Assembly (NCBI GenBank): GCA_963700635.1
Contig: CAVOYH010000003.1
Coordinates: 1,536,001 to 1,600,000, forward strand
From: an uncultured Bacteroidota bacterium
GTDB lineage: Bacteria > Bacteroidota > Ignavibacteria > UBA10030 > UBA6906
Direction: 5' to 3'
DNA: 64,000 nt
How positions within the stretch are numbered: position 1 is the first letter of the stretch; every line of letters begins with the position of its first letter. Of this stretch, positions 13,117 through 23,038 are shown piece after piece. A model generated the notes under the pieces. The model did not search any database, was not told the origin of the DNA, and saw only the letters and a list, made by a program, of their open reading frames with translations. The position numbers were made by a program, and so were the translations under genes.

Positions 13117-13435
13117 TCAGGACCCCATTTTTCGTATGAAACGTATTGCCTCTCTGACCTTCCCCATTGATAACACCGCCTGCCAAGACGGGGGTTCCGG
13201 AACTTTCAGGCCAATGCCGGCAGACGGAATATACCCAAATCACCAAGTGAAGTCAATTCTGCCCCCAAAGCTCCTGATATCATCGTTTTCACCCAAGGAA
13301 GGAGGTTTTCCGATTGGCGGTCGTGATATGGGTCACAGGGGAACTCCCATCCCTCTTTTTTCTTGACCCTTTTGGGATATTGCCGCATCCTATTGGGTGG
13401 AGAATCAGCGTTCTTCAACCATCAGGGACACATCA

Positions 13436-13651
13436 ATGCCCATATACGATTACAAGTGCGATGACTGCGGTACGATCTACGACGTTTTCCACAAAGTGCG
13501 GGAGGTTCAGGAAGATGTGGTGTGTCCCGACTGTGAGTCAACGAAGCATACGCGGCTTCTGTCGGCCCCCAGCATCAGCATGGGGAGCCAGCCGGATGCT
13601 CCTTCCTGCGCAACCGGCGGGTGCTGTGGCGGGTCCTGCGGTCTGAACTAG
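13436..13651 (+). CDS. FmdB-family zinc-ribbon protein
   Basis: MPIYDYKCDDCG...CPDCES...RLLS pattern with a Cys/Gly-rich tail. Confidence 0.85.
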   Translation: MPIYDYKCDDCGTIYDVFHKVREVQEDVVCPDCESTKHTRLLSAPSISMGSQPDAPSCATGGCCGGSCGLN

Positions 13652-13780
13652 CCCCTGCGAGGCTTGCCGGGTGTTCTGTCCGGGGTCGTACGCAATGGGG
13701 CAAGTGCCAGGAGCCCGTTGCAGTGCGAGGTTTGCCCCCACGGCGGCGGCTGGTTGCCCGGAGGTTCAAACGGGAGCGCG

Positions 13781-14686
13781 TCAGTGGAGGAGCGGGATTG
13801 CTCCTGCAAAATAGATCAGCGTGATGCACGATGCCACCCACAGCACGGCGTTTGCGATGATCGGAAAGTCCGTGCTCACAACGGCTGCCGGGTTCTCGAC
13901 GGTGTCCGTGGTGAAGGCGAGATGCATGTACCGGAAGACACCGTATATCACGAATACGGTCGTATAGATCAACTTGTCTGTCCCGAACACTTCCAGTGTC
14001 CGGTTGGCCACGGTGTACAGGGCATAGGATATGACCGTTCCGGCGGCAGTAATCGTCAGCATTTGATCCAGCAGCTCCACCCGGTAGTGTTGCAGTACCT
14101 TTCGTTCGGATGAGGTCCCCGCAGACTTCGCAGCAACCAGCTCACCCCGCCGTTTCGCAAATCCCAGAAACAGAGAGATGAAAAGTGTACAGAGGACGAT
14201 CCAGCTCGAAACGATGACGCCGATCGCGTATGCTCCGCCCAGCACCCTCAGCATGAACCCCGCAGCGATGATGAACACGTCGAGAAGGAAGATCTCCTTT
14301 AGCTTGAAGCTGTAGGCGAGGTTCAACAAGAAGTAGACGCTGACGATCACGAGAAACTTCGTCGGCATCCCCCAGAGAAGGAACAGATCAAGGGCGAGCA
14401 GAACGGCCAGGATGACAAAGGCTGTCGCGATGGATATCGTCCCGGCGGCGAGAGGACGGTTTCGTTTCTGGGGATGGGCCCGGTCGGCTTCGACGTCCAT
14501 CATGTCGTTGATAATGTAGATCGCGCTGGCCGTCAGACAGAATCCGCCGAACGCCTTGAGCGTCAGCAGGAGAGGATCCAGAAGGAATAACTCCTTGGCA
14601 AAGACCAGAGGAGCGAGAACAAAGACGTTCTTGATCCACTGTTTCGGTCGGATCAGCTTCAGGGCTGCGGCAGCGGTCGTGGACAT
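13781..14686 (-). CDS. UbiA-family prenyltransferase (decaprenyl-phosphate phosphoribosyltransferase-like)
   Basis: RPKQWIKN, YIINDMMDVEADRAHPQKRNRPLAAG, GFMLRVLGG, KRRGEL. Confidence 0.88.
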   Translation of the reverse strand: MSTTAAAALKLIRPKQWIKNVFVLAPLVFAKELFLLDPLLLTLKAFGGFCLTASAIYIINDMMDVEADRAHPQKRNRPLAAGTISIATAFVILAVLLALDLFLLWGMPTKFLVIVSVYFLLNLAYSFKLKEIFLLDVFIIAAGFMLRVLGGAYAIGVIVSSWIVLCTLFISLFLGFAKRRGELVAAKSAGTSSERKVLQHYRVELLDQMLTITAAGTVISYALYTVANRTLEVFGTDKLIYTTVFVIYGVFRYMHLAFTTDTVENPAAVVSTDFPIIANAVLWVASCITLIYFAGAIPLLH

Positions 14687-14752
14687 CGGCCTCTCGATTT
14701 GTGTGTGAAAAGGGTACGCATTCTCTCGACGATATGCAAGAATGGCGCAGGT

Positions 14753-14781
14753 TTGACGCTTGTGCTTTTTTTTTGTACCAT
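14753..14781 (+). promoter_or_regulatory. sigma70-type promoter
   Basis: TTGACG-N17-TACCAT upstream of an AAGGAG RBS and the 14801 ORF. Confidence 0.65.
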
Positions 14782-14800
14782 CGTGAAGGAGACCCTGCCT

Positions 14801-14995
14801 ATGACCCATGATGAACAACACCGGATGATTCTCGAACTCCGCGACTATGTCCATAGAATGCGACGGGATGAAGAAGAGCTTTTCACGATGTACGTCAAAC
14901 GGGACAAGGATGATGAAGATCTGGATGTGGTGGCCCAGCGGAGGCTGGAACGGATGTATGACCAGTACGTGGTGAGGAGAGGAAAGGTACGATGA
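14801..14995 (+). CDS. Small charged hypothetical protein (64 aa)
   Basis: AAGGAG RBS, upstream promoter, ATGA overlap with the next gene. Confidence 0.7.
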   Translation: MTHDEQHRMILELRDYVHRMRRDEEELFTMYVKRDKDDEDLDVVAQRRLERMYDQYVVRRGKVR

Positions 14996-16020
14996 AAGCG
15001 GCGTTCGTCATGCGATATGGTGGCCCGGACGTGCTGGAAATCGGCGAAGCACCCGTCCCGGACCCAGGACCGGACGAGGTTCTCGTCCAGGTCCGGTGCG
15101 TCGGATTGAATTTTGCGGATATCGTCGGGCGCTTTGGCGCTTACCCCGGGACTCCCAAGCCTCCCTATATCCCGGGCCTGGAATTCTCCGGAACCGTCGT
15201 CCGGGTCGGTACCCGGGTGAACAAGTTTGCGGCCGGGGAACGGATCATGGGCTACTGCAAACTCGGCAGCCATGCGGAGTTTGTGCTCGTCAACCAGTAC
15301 TACGCGACCGTTATACCCGACAAGATGACGTATGAGGAAGGCGCCTCGTTTCTGGTGTCGATGCTGAGCGCCTATCATGGTCTCGTTCGCCTCGCCAACC
15401 TCCGCACAGGCGAGCGGCTGCTGGTTCATGCCGCCGCGGGCGGTGTCGGACTTGCATCCCTGCAGATCGGCCGGCATCTCAATGCCGAGGTGTTCGCCAC
15501 GGCGGGGACCGACGAAAAGGTCGCCATTGCCCGCTCGTACGGCGCCCATCACGTCATCAACTACACTACCTCGGCCTTCGAGAAGAAAATCGAGCAGATC
15601 ACCAACGGATACGGCATCGATGTCGTGATGGACTCTGTGGGGGGGGATGTCTTCAAGAAGAGCTGGCACCTGCTCGCCCCGATGGGCCGGTACCTTATGC
15701 TTGGAGTCTCCTCCATGACGACCGCGGACGGGAACCTGACCCGTACAATGATCGCCAACGCCTACGACCAGATGAAGCCCATCTTCCCACCAAGCCTCAT
15801 TCATACCAACAAAGGTATATTTGGTTTCAATCTCGGGTTGATCGCGGGACATGAGAAGTATTTTGAACAGGCTGCGACCGAATTGCTGACGTGGTACAAT
15901 CTGGGGGTCATCAAGCCGCTTGTAGGAAAGACCTTTCCCTTCGATCAGATCGTCGAAGCCCACCGCTATCTTCAAAACCGCCTTTCGGTGGGGAAGGTCG
16001 TTGTGCTGATGGACTCCTGA
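14992..16020 (+). CDS. MDR-family NADPH:quinone oxidoreductase (VAT-1-like)
   Basis: GLNFAD, PGLEFSG, VHAAAGGVG, GKVVV. Confidence 0.88.
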   Translation: MKAAFVMRYGGPDVLEIGEAPVPDPGPDEVLVQVRCVGLNFADIVGRFGAYPGTPKPPYIPGLEFSGTVVRVGTRVNKFAAGERIMGYCKLGSHAEFVLVNQYYATVIPDKMTYEEGASFLVSMLSAYHGLVRLANLRTGERLLVHAAAGGVGLASLQIGRHLNAEVFATAGTDEKVAIARSYGAHHVINYTTSAFEKKIEQITNGYGIDVVMDSVGGDVFKKSWHLLAPMGRYLMLGVSSMTTADGNLTRTMIANAYDQMKPIFPPSLIHTNKGIFGFNLGLIAGHEKYFEQAATELLTWYNLGVIKPLVGKTFPFDQIVEAHRYLQNRLSVGKVVVLMDS

Positions 16021-16049
16021 ACCTCCACCTTTCCGGAACGGGAACGAAA

Positions 16050-16667
16050 ATGACGCGCAGGACCAAACGCCCCGTCCTGACGCCTGACGTGCTGATTCAG
16101 GCCTATAGAAGCGGTTTCTTTCCTATGGCTGAAAATCGAACCGGACCAATCTTCTGGTACAGCCCAGACCCCAGGGCCGTCATCCCACTGTCGGACTTTC
16201 ACATTTCCCGAAGCCTCCGGCAGACGCTGCGAAAAGGGGAGTTCGAACTGCGGGTCGATACGGCGTTCGAGGCCACCATGCGTGCGTGCGCGGATCGGGA
16301 TGACACCTGGATCTCGGACGAAATCATAGAGGTGTATGTAGCCCTCTTTGAAAGGGGGTACGGGCACAGCATCGAGGCATGGCAGGGAGCCCACCTTCAG
16401 GGGGGATTGTACGGGGTTGCCCTGGGAGGGGCGTTTTTCGGGGAATCGATGTTCAGCCTTGTGCGCGATGCTTCGAAAGTGGCCCTGGTGGCTCTTGTTG
16501 AACGGCTGATTTCCCGGCGTTATTCACTCCTGGATATCCAGTTTCTCACTCCGCACCTCCTCCGGTTCGGCGCGATGGAAATATCCCGCGACGAGTATCT
16601 TTCCTTTCTCACCAGCGCCCTGAGAGAGGAAACATCATTCTCCGGTGATCCAAAACACAGAATATAG
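16050..16667 (+). CDS. aat: Leucyl/phenylalanyl-tRNA-protein transferase
   Basis: AYRSGFFPM, WYSPDPR, TWI, GGLYGVALGGAFFGESMFS, ASKVAL. Confidence 0.95.
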   Translation: MTRRTKRPVLTPDVLIQAYRSGFFPMAENRTGPIFWYSPDPRAVIPLSDFHISRSLRQTLRKGEFELRVDTAFEATMRACADRDDTWISDEIIEVYVALFERGYGHSIEAWQGAHLQGGLYGVALGGAFFGESMFSLVRDASKVALVALVERLISRRYSLLDIQFLTPHLLRFGAMEISRDEYLSFLTSALREETSFSGDPKHRI

Positions 16668-16688
16668 GGGGCGTGATGTGATGAAGGA

Positions 16689-16759
16689 TGTGATCTGCGT
16701 CACAGCAGATAGAATGGACGCGAACCGGTCTTGCATCGGCTGACGATTGTGGCTATATT
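16689..16759 (+). promoter_or_regulatory. CRP/FNR-family site plus sigma70-type promoter
   Basis: TGTGA-tctgcg-TCACA at 16689-16704 and TTGCAT-N17-TATATT at 16731-16759. Confidence 0.6.
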
Positions 16760-16811
16760 ACCACACAACGGTGCTGATGTTCAAAGCCGGCTTCCAGAGG
16801 AGTAACTCACC

Positions 16812-17213
16812 ATGTCTCTATCCCGTGAACAACACAAGTTTGAACGTGTCACGCTAACACTTGTCCCGCGTGCCGACGACCGGACCCTGCTCCACATCCC
16901 TTCTACCTTCAACAAGGTGGAACGAACGTATTCCTGGCGCACTGCCGGATCCATTAACTACATGCTCGTCCCCACGCGAATCTCCAGCACAGAGATCAAA
17001 GTCGATCTCTTCGTCGACCCCCTGCGCAAAGGAAAGGTCCAGCCCAAAAGCCTGGTCAAAGCAGTGCAGGAACTGGTCAGCCACAAGATGGAGAAAGAAT
17101 GGCGCGGCCTGAAGCTCGAAAGTATCAGTCGTCCGTCGACGGCCATTCCACCCAACAACACGATTGTCCGGGGTACGATCGAAGAGATCCTCGGCGCCAG
17201 TTTTGATCGTTAA
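16812..17213 (+). CDS. Hypothetical protein
   Basis: 133 aa ORF with GAGGAG RBS and its own promoter; no recognised motif. Confidence 0.75.
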   Translation: MSLSREQHKFERVTLTLVPRADDRTLLHIPSTFNKVERTYSWRTAGSINYMLVPTRISSTEIKVDLFVDPLRKGKVQPKSLVKAVQELVSHKMEKEWRGLKLESISRPSTAIPPNNTIVRGTIEEILGASFDR

Positions 17214-17231
17214 AGCGAAGGCCGGTTCCTG

Positions 17232-18131
17232 ATGCCTGATCACGTCATCGTCTCCACTGGAACGCCGCCGTTTGTGCCAACGAAGCAGGGGAAAGTCCGT
17301 GACATTTACGACATCGGGGAACGGCTTCTCCTGGTCGCTACCGACCGTCTTTCCGCATTTGACGTTGTTCTGCCGGACGGCATACCCGGCAAAGGAACGG
17401 TCCTGACCCAGATCTCCGCCTTCTGGTTTCAGAAACTCGCCCACGTCGTCCCTCACCATCTGCTCAGCGTCGAGACCGGGGATTTCCCTGAACCGTTCCG
17501 CTCGCATCCTGATGTCTTTGCGGGTCGGAGCATGCTGGTGCACAAGACCACTCCGTTGCCGGTCGAGTGCATTGTGCGGGGGTATCTTTCCGGTTCAGGA
17601 TGGTCCGAGTATCGGCGTTCGAAGTCAGTGTGCGGCATCCAGCTCTCTGCCGGCCTGAAAGAATCCGACCAGTTGCCGGAGCCGATTTTTACGCCGACCA
17701 CCAAAGCCGAGGTTGGTGTCCACGACGAGAACATGACGTATGCGCAGGTCGAAGACGTTATTGGGAAAGATCTGGCTCGTGCCGTCAGGGAGACCTCGAT
17801 CCAGATCTACACCGAGGGGGCAGCCTATGCGCGCACCCGCGGCATCATTATCGCAGATACGAAGTTTGAATTCGGGCTCGACGCTCATGGAGCGCTGATA
17901 TGGATCGACGAAGCGTTGACGCCGGACTCATCGCGGTTCTGGCCCCTCGCATCCTACGCGCCGGGAGGAGCCCAGCCCAGTTTTGACAAGCAGTTTGTGC
18001 GTGACTACCTTCTGACATTGAACTGGGACAAACGTCCCCCGGGCCCCCCCCTGCCGCCCGATGTCGTCACGACAACGGCCCTGAAGTATCAGGAGGCGTT
18101 GACGATGTTGAGTTCTCCGCGCATTCCGTAG
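17232..18131 (+). CDS. purC: Phosphoribosylaminoimidazolesuccinocarboxamide (SAICAR) synthase
   Basis: GKVRDIY, TDRLSAFD, ECIVRGYLSGS, ADTKFEFG, DEALTPDSSRFW, DKQFVRD. Confidence 0.97.
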   Translation: MPDHVIVSTGTPPFVPTKQGKVRDIYDIGERLLLVATDRLSAFDVVLPDGIPGKGTVLTQISAFWFQKLAHVVPHHLLSVETGDFPEPFRSHPDVFAGRSMLVHKTTPLPVECIVRGYLSGSGWSEYRRSKSVCGIQLSAGLKESDQLPEPIFTPTTKAEVGVHDENMTYAQVEDVIGKDLARAVRETSIQIYTEGAAYARTRGIIIADTKFEFGLDAHGALIWIDEALTPDSSRFWPLASYAPGGAQPSFDKQFVRDYLLTLNWDKRPPGPPLPPDVVTTTALKYQEALTMLSSPRIP

Positions 18132-18260
18132 GCCCACCGACCACACCACCGTTCCGCGACCAACCGTGCGGTCTTCAAGTATCGCTTGATGCCCCCTTGC
18201 ATTTCTCTTGAAAAGTAAGTATTTAGGGGACGACATTCTCCCCCCCTGACACTACATCAG

Positions 18261-20708
18261 GTGCCTCAGACACGCATGCCGAACGAATTTCGCACCGAAA
18301 ATATTCTCGACAGCATCAGCGGCGGCTTCTTCGCCATGAATGCCGCGTACGTCATCACGTACTGGAACAAAGCGGCGGAAGAGGGAACGGGGTACGCAGC
18401 GCCCGAGGTGCTGGGTCGTCATGTCTTTGATGTGTTCCCGAACGCACGTGGAGCCCAGCTCGGCGAGAAGTACCGCCTTGCGATGGAGACGCGCACGTAC
18501 CAGAGTTTTGAAACGCTGTATCGGGATGAACGGTTCGAGAAGTGGTTTGACGTGCGCATCTACCCGTCGGACGACGGTGTTTCCGTGTTCTTTCAGGATA
18601 TCACCGAACGAAAACGGGACCAGCGTCAGAAAGAGCTGCTGGTCGAGATCTCCCGCGCTGTCAACAGCTCTCATCGTCTCGATGATCTTTGCCAGCGAAC
18701 TGCGGACGTGATTGCAGCACTTTTCGAGATCCCCTCACACCTGGTGTGTGTCTATCTGTATGATCCCCGCGGGAATGAAATCCGGCTCGTCGCCCCGGTT
18801 TCGCTGGACATCGATTTTCCTCAGGATATGGTACACCAGCCGGTGACCGAAGCCACGCCGTACATCGCGGGTCAGGCTGCGTTCCGTAAGGAACCCGTCA
18901 TCACGGACCAGATTGACGGAGGAACTGTCGGCCGCCTGCTCAGGGGCTCCCTGGAGGGTCTCAACCTCAGGACCCTCATCGCCCTTCCGCTGGTCGTTCA
19001 GCATGATATTCAGGGGGTGATCGAGGTGCTGACGATCAAGGACCCGGCCTATGTCAGAGACGAACTGGGGATTCTGAGTGTCGTCGGCAACGACATTGCA
19101 ATCGGCCTGAGCAGGAAGCGTCTCATTGATGAACTCCGGACGAAAAACCTGGAGCTGGAAGCGCAGACGCAGAAGACGCTGGAGGCGAGCGACACGCTCA
19201 AGAAGTTCCTCGCGATGTTCAGCCACGAGTTACGATCTCCGCTCAACTCGATCATCGGATTTTCGGATCTGCTCACCACGCAGGTGGAAACGCTGGCGCC
19301 GGATACCGTGCAGGAATTCATGCAAAATATTCAGACCAGCGGGAAGCATCTCCAGCAGATCCTCAACGACGTCCTGGACCTTTCCAAAATCGAGGCGGGT
19401 CAGCTCGACTTGCATATCGCCAGCTATCCCGCTTCGTACTTCGAGGATGCGGTCCGCCGTGTCCTTGCTCCCCCGATAGCGGAAAAATCCCTCCGACTCT
19501 CATTCGATTTTGACCCGGAGGTCGACGACCTCGTTGTCGACCAGACACGATTCAAGCAGATTCTGATCAATCTTGTTTCGAATGCAGTGAAGTTCAGCCA
19601 CAAGGGGGGAGAGGTGGTGGTCTCTTCGCGGCGCGAGGGGAACGAACTGGTGTTCCGGGTGCAGGACCAGGGTATCGGTATTCGGCCCGAGGAGCTTCCC
19701 GCGCTCTTCCGGCCGTTCCGGCAGGCGTCGAGCGGGAGGAGCCGTAACCGCGAAGGTATCGGCCTCGGCCTGGCGATCTCCCGGAAGCTCGTGGAACTTC
19801 ACGGTGGTACCATCTGGGCCGAGAGCGAATGGGAAAAAGGGACGACAATGTCCTTCAGGATCCCGCTCATGGTTGATGCGACCTCGGAACGTATCATGCA
19901 GGCGGGAATGCTGCTGGATGCCCTCAAGCGCGAAAACTGGCGCAAAGAGGGGGGAGAGAAGCCGCTGGCCCTTCTCATCGAGGATTCTCCTCAGGCCGGA
20001 GAGCTCCTCAGAATGCACGTAGAATCGGCCGGTTATCGCGTCGAAATCGCCCGGAATGGGGACGATGGTGTGGAGCTGGCCAAACGCCTCCACCCCAACG
20101 TTATCACGCTCGATCTGATCCTGCCCGGGAAAGACGGCTGGCAGGTCCTCAAAGAGCTTAAAAAACACCCTCTCTGTAAACAAATCCCCGTTATTATCGT
20201 ATCAATAGTAGACGAGAAGAACCTGGGGTTCAGCCTCGGGGCGGTGGAGTATTTTGTCAAGCCCGTGAACCGGGATGACCTGATTCATGCGCTTGATCGC
20301 GTCCACGTCCTGCCTTCGAACGACGAGATCAAACCCACAGTGCTCGTCGTCGACGACGACCGTGCAGCGACGGATCTCGTACAGGTGATCCTTGAGAACG
20401 AAGGGTACCGTGTGCTGAAGGCAGTGGAGGGAAAGGAAGGGGTCGAAGTGGCGGCCCGGGAACGTCCGGATGTGATTTTGCTGGACCTTTTGATGCCTGA
20501 GATGTCGGGGTTCGCCGTCGCGCACCAACTCAAACAGATGCCCGCGACGCGCGGGATCCCGATCATTGTCCTGACCTCGATGGATGTCGACGATGACCTT
20601 CAGCAGCAGCTCGGCTCGTACGTCTCGGGGCTCGTCAGCAAAGGGAGCTTCACAAAGAAGGACCTATTGCGGGAAATCACAAATGTTGAAAGTGCGCGCT
20701 GGCCATAA
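18261..20708 (+). CDS. Hybrid sensor histidine kinase (PAS-GAF-HisKA-HATPase-REC-REC)
   Basis: PAS (YWNKAAEEGTG), H-box SHELRSPLNSI, NLVSNAVKF, DQGIGI, GLGLAI, and two receiver domains with intact Asp. Confidence 0.93.
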   Translation: MPQTRMPNEFRTENILDSISGGFFAMNAAYVITYWNKAAEEGTGYAAPEVLGRHVFDVFPNARGAQLGEKYRLAMETRTYQSFETLYRDERFEKWFDVRIYPSDDGVSVFFQDITERKRDQRQKELLVEISRAVNSSHRLDDLCQRTADVIAALFEIPSHLVCVYLYDPRGNEIRLVAPVSLDIDFPQDMVHQPVTEATPYIAGQAAFRKEPVITDQIDGGTVGRLLRGSLEGLNLRTLIALPLVVQHDIQGVIEVLTIKDPAYVRDELGILSVVGNDIAIGLSRKRLIDELRTKNLELEAQTQKTLEASDTLKKFLAMFSHELRSPLNSIIGFSDLLTTQVETLAPDTVQEFMQNIQTSGKHLQQILNDVLDLSKIEAGQLDLHIASYPASYFEDAVRRVLAPPIAEKSLRLSFDFDPEVDDLVVDQTRFKQILINLVSNAVKFSHKGGEVVVSSRREGNELVFRVQDQGIGIRPEELPALFRPFRQASSGRSRNREGIGLGLAISRKLVELHGGTIWAESEWEKGTTMSFRIPLMVDATSERIMQAGMLLDALKRENWRKEGGEKPLALLIEDSPQAGELLRMHVESAGYRVEIARNGDDGVELAKRLHPNVITLDLILPGKDGWQVLKELKKHPLCKQIPVIIVSIVDEKNLGFSLGAVEYFVKPVNRDDLIHALDRVHVLPSNDEIKPTVLVVDDDRAATDLVQVILENEGYRVLKAVEGKEGVEVAARERPDVILLDLLMPEMSGFAVAHQLKQMPATRGIPIIVLTSMDVDDDLQQQLGSYVSGLVSKGSFTKKDLLREITNVESARWP

Positions 20709-21001
20709 TGACCGAAACACCATCCAACATGGACCCCCGGCATGCTTCAGAGGCCGAGGCCCTGGCGCGCCGCTTCGACGACATCCACCGGGGTATTCGG
20801 AAGCTCGCACACGACATCAGCAATCCTCTGGGCATCATCCGCATGGCGATCTATGTTCTCGAGACAACGAACCCGGATGAAGAGAAACGGAACGAATACT
20901 ACCGCCTGCTGAACCAGTCGATCAGCAGGATCGACGATCATCTCACCCAGCTCCGTGCTCTCACTGAGACCCCGGGGGGACCGGATCGCGGCGGGGCATA
21001 A
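20708..21001 (+). CDS. Stand-alone HisKA/DHp-like small protein
   Basis: LAHDISNPLGII H-box in a 97 aa helical protein with no ATP-binding domain; TAATG overlap with the kinase. Confidence 0.75.
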   Translation: MTETPSNMDPRHASEAEALARRFDDIHRGIRKLAHDISNPLGIIRMAIYVLETTNPDEEKRNEYYRLLNQSISRIDDHLTQLRALTETPGGPDRGGA

Positions 21002-21003
21002 CG

Positions 21004-22443
21004 ATGAAGCGGGACCCGACACACACTCTACGATTCGCGCTTGCAGCGGCGCTCCTCCTCTTTGCGGGATGTGAGGCCGGGCGGGAGTGGAGCACGGAGT
21101 CGCAGGAGGCCATCCGGCTCGTCCAGGAAGGGACCGCCTCCTGGCAGAAGTTCTATTACGCGGACGCCCTCGTTTCCCTCCAGAAGGCCGTCGTGGCTGA
21201 TTCCCTCTTCGCGGTGGCATGGGGGCGTCTGGCCCTCACCTATGACTATACCAGCAACCATGATGAGGCGCTCCGGGCTCTCGAGCGTGCCGAGAAGCTC
21301 TCGGCGAATGCAACCGACAAAGAACGGCGCTTCATCCGCCTGTGGGGATACCGCATCCGCGGAGTCCGTTCCGCCGAGGCGAAGCTTGCCGACTCGCTTC
21401 TCCTGCAGTATCCGGAGAACAGCGAGTTGTACATCTTTCGCGGCCTCCTCTACGAGATCGACCGGAACTATGAAGCCGCGGTCCAGACGTACGAAGAAGG
21501 CGTGAAACGCGACACTGGTTTCGCGCTTGGAGTAATGTCGCTCGGGTATGCCTATTCAATCCTGGGCGACCAGGACAAAGCTGTTGCGTACATGCAACGG
21601 TACATCCACATGGCCCCGCAGGAGGCGGACCCGCGCGCGAGCTATGCGGATATTCTTGTCCGGGCCGGTCGCTATACGGAAGCCCTGGAGCAATACCGGA
21701 AGTCGCTGGAGCTCAAACCCGACTACTGGTATGCTGTCCGGGAGATCGGGACGGTGTATACGATCCAGGGTCGCTTGCGCGATGCGGAAGCGCAGTTTGA
21801 AAAAGCCGTTCTCCTCCTGCCCCGGAATGTCAGACTGGAAGCGACACTGTTGCGCCAGCGTGCGTACCTGGACAATCAACGGGGAGCGTACAGCGATGCG
21901 GTTTCCCAGCTGCGCGCCGCCCTCGCCATTGATTCAAGTTACATCGGGTCGGCGTACGGGCTCGTCTTCGCGCTCGGCAAGATGAAGCGGTTCGGCGAAG
22001 CGTGGGAGACGATTGACAGCCTGAATGCAGAGCTGGTCCGGAGGAACATGCGCGAGTCGCATCTGGTACAGGGATACTATCTGTTGCGGGCGCGGCTGTT
22101 GACGGAGGAGGAAAAACTGGATGAGGCTGAAGCCGAATGCCGTAATGCCCTGGAAGCGTCCACACCCTTCACCCGCGGGGCAGTGTACGTCAACCTTGCC
22201 CGTATCGCTGTGGCCCGGCATGAATGGGAGGGGGGATTGGACGCCGTTGACGGCGCGCTGGCAGTGAATCCGAATTCCCCCGAGGCTCTGATGATGCTGG
22301 TCAGAATTTACAACGGTCGAGGGGACCTCGCGATGACCAGGGAGATCGGAGACCGACTCCTGACGCTCTGGCGGGACGCTGATGCGGACTTCCGGGCGCT
22401 CAAAGAGCTCCGCGCCCTGTTACACCTCTCTCAACCCACCTGA
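21004..22443 (+). CDS. TPR-repeat lipoprotein
   Basis: Lipobox LLFAGC and many TPR-like repeats (EALEQYRKSLELKPDY, ALAVNPNSPEA). Confidence 0.85.
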   Translation: MKRDPTHTLRFALAAALLLFAGCEAGREWSTESQEAIRLVQEGTASWQKFYYADALVSLQKAVVADSLFAVAWGRLALTYDYTSNHDEALRALERAEKLSANATDKERRFIRLWGYRIRGVRSAEAKLADSLLLQYPENSELYIFRGLLYEIDRNYEAAVQTYEEGVKRDTGFALGVMSLGYAYSILGDQDKAVAYMQRYIHMAPQEADPRASYADILVRAGRYTEALEQYRKSLELKPDYWYAVREIGTVYTIQGRLRDAEAQFEKAVLLLPRNVRLEATLLRQRAYLDNQRGAYSDAVSQLRAALAIDSSYIGSAYGLVFALGKMKRFGEAWETIDSLNAELVRRNMRESHLVQGYYLLRARLLTEEEKLDEAEAECRNALEASTPFTRGAVYVNLARIAVARHEWEGGLDAVDGALAVNPNSPEALMMLVRIYNGRGDLAMTREIGDRLLTLWRDADADFRALKELRALLHLSQPT

Positions 22444-22471
22444 CCTGCCTCCAGCCAGGAGGCGACGATCG

Positions 22472-22795
22472 TCACACCCCGAATCCCAGTCGTTTCCGTG
22501 CTTCGGGCGACATCCGCTCGGGGGTCCATGCGGGCTCCCACACGATGCGGACATCAGCTTCCCTCACACCCGGAAGCCGGAGAACCCGGTTCTTGATATC
22601 CTGCGCGATCATCCCGCTCATCCCGCACCCCGGTGTCGTCAGGGTCATCTTCACGCCGATCCAATCGTCAATGATCTTCACGTCGTATATCAGTCCGAGA
22701 TCCACCACGTTCACGGGAATTTCGGGATCGTAGCACTGCTTGAGGGCATCGTATACCTGGTCTTCGGTAATCGCGGTCTTCTGTGTCTCAGTCAC
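22472..22795 (-). CDS. Metal-sulfur cluster assembly factor (SufT/PaaD, DUF59)
   Basis: YDPEIPVNVVDLGLIY, MTLTTPGC, VWEPAWTPERMS. The GTG start is supported by a GGAG RBS and a TTGAAT-N17-TATCTT promoter at 22829-22857 (minus). Confidence 0.9.
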   Translation of the reverse strand: MTETQKTAITEDQVYDALKQCYDPEIPVNVVDLGLIYDVKIIDDWIGVKMTLTTPGCGMSGMIAQDIKNRVLRLPGVREADVRIVWEPAWTPERMSPEARKRLGFGV

Positions 22796-22879
22796 CTTCT
22801 CATCTCCTGCGTAGTCATCGAGTGATAGAAGATACATGTTGTGCCCCCGGAATTCAAGTGCAAAGCGCCGGTCCAGGTG

Positions 22880-23035
22880 TCAGGCGTGCGTGTCTGAGGG
22901 GGTCCGGGCCGGACAGTCGCACCCCGACGGGCACAACGGGCGACGTCCTGACAATCGCCGGCGAAGGCGGCTGCCGATCATCAGCAGGGCCGTAGCGCCG
23001 ACAATGATGAGAGCTGCTGATTCCTGCCAATCCAT
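22880..23035 (-). CDS. FeoB-associated Cys-rich small membrane protein (51 aa; not in ORF track)
   Basis: MDWQESAALIIVGATALLMIGSRLRRRLSGRRPLCPSGCDCPARTPSDTHA, starting 3 nt after the feoB stop. Confidence 0.75.
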   Translation of the reverse strand: MDWQESAALIIVGATALLMIGSRLRRRLSGRRPLCPSGCDCPARTPSDTHA

Positions 23036-23038
23036 CGA

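Noticed and set aside
13117-13430. Possible CIRCE/CtsR box or ECF promoter (GGAAC...GTGTTA, minus strand) upstream of clpC
   Set aside because: No CIRCE or CtsR repeat found; the ECF-like spacing and -10 match are too weak to call.
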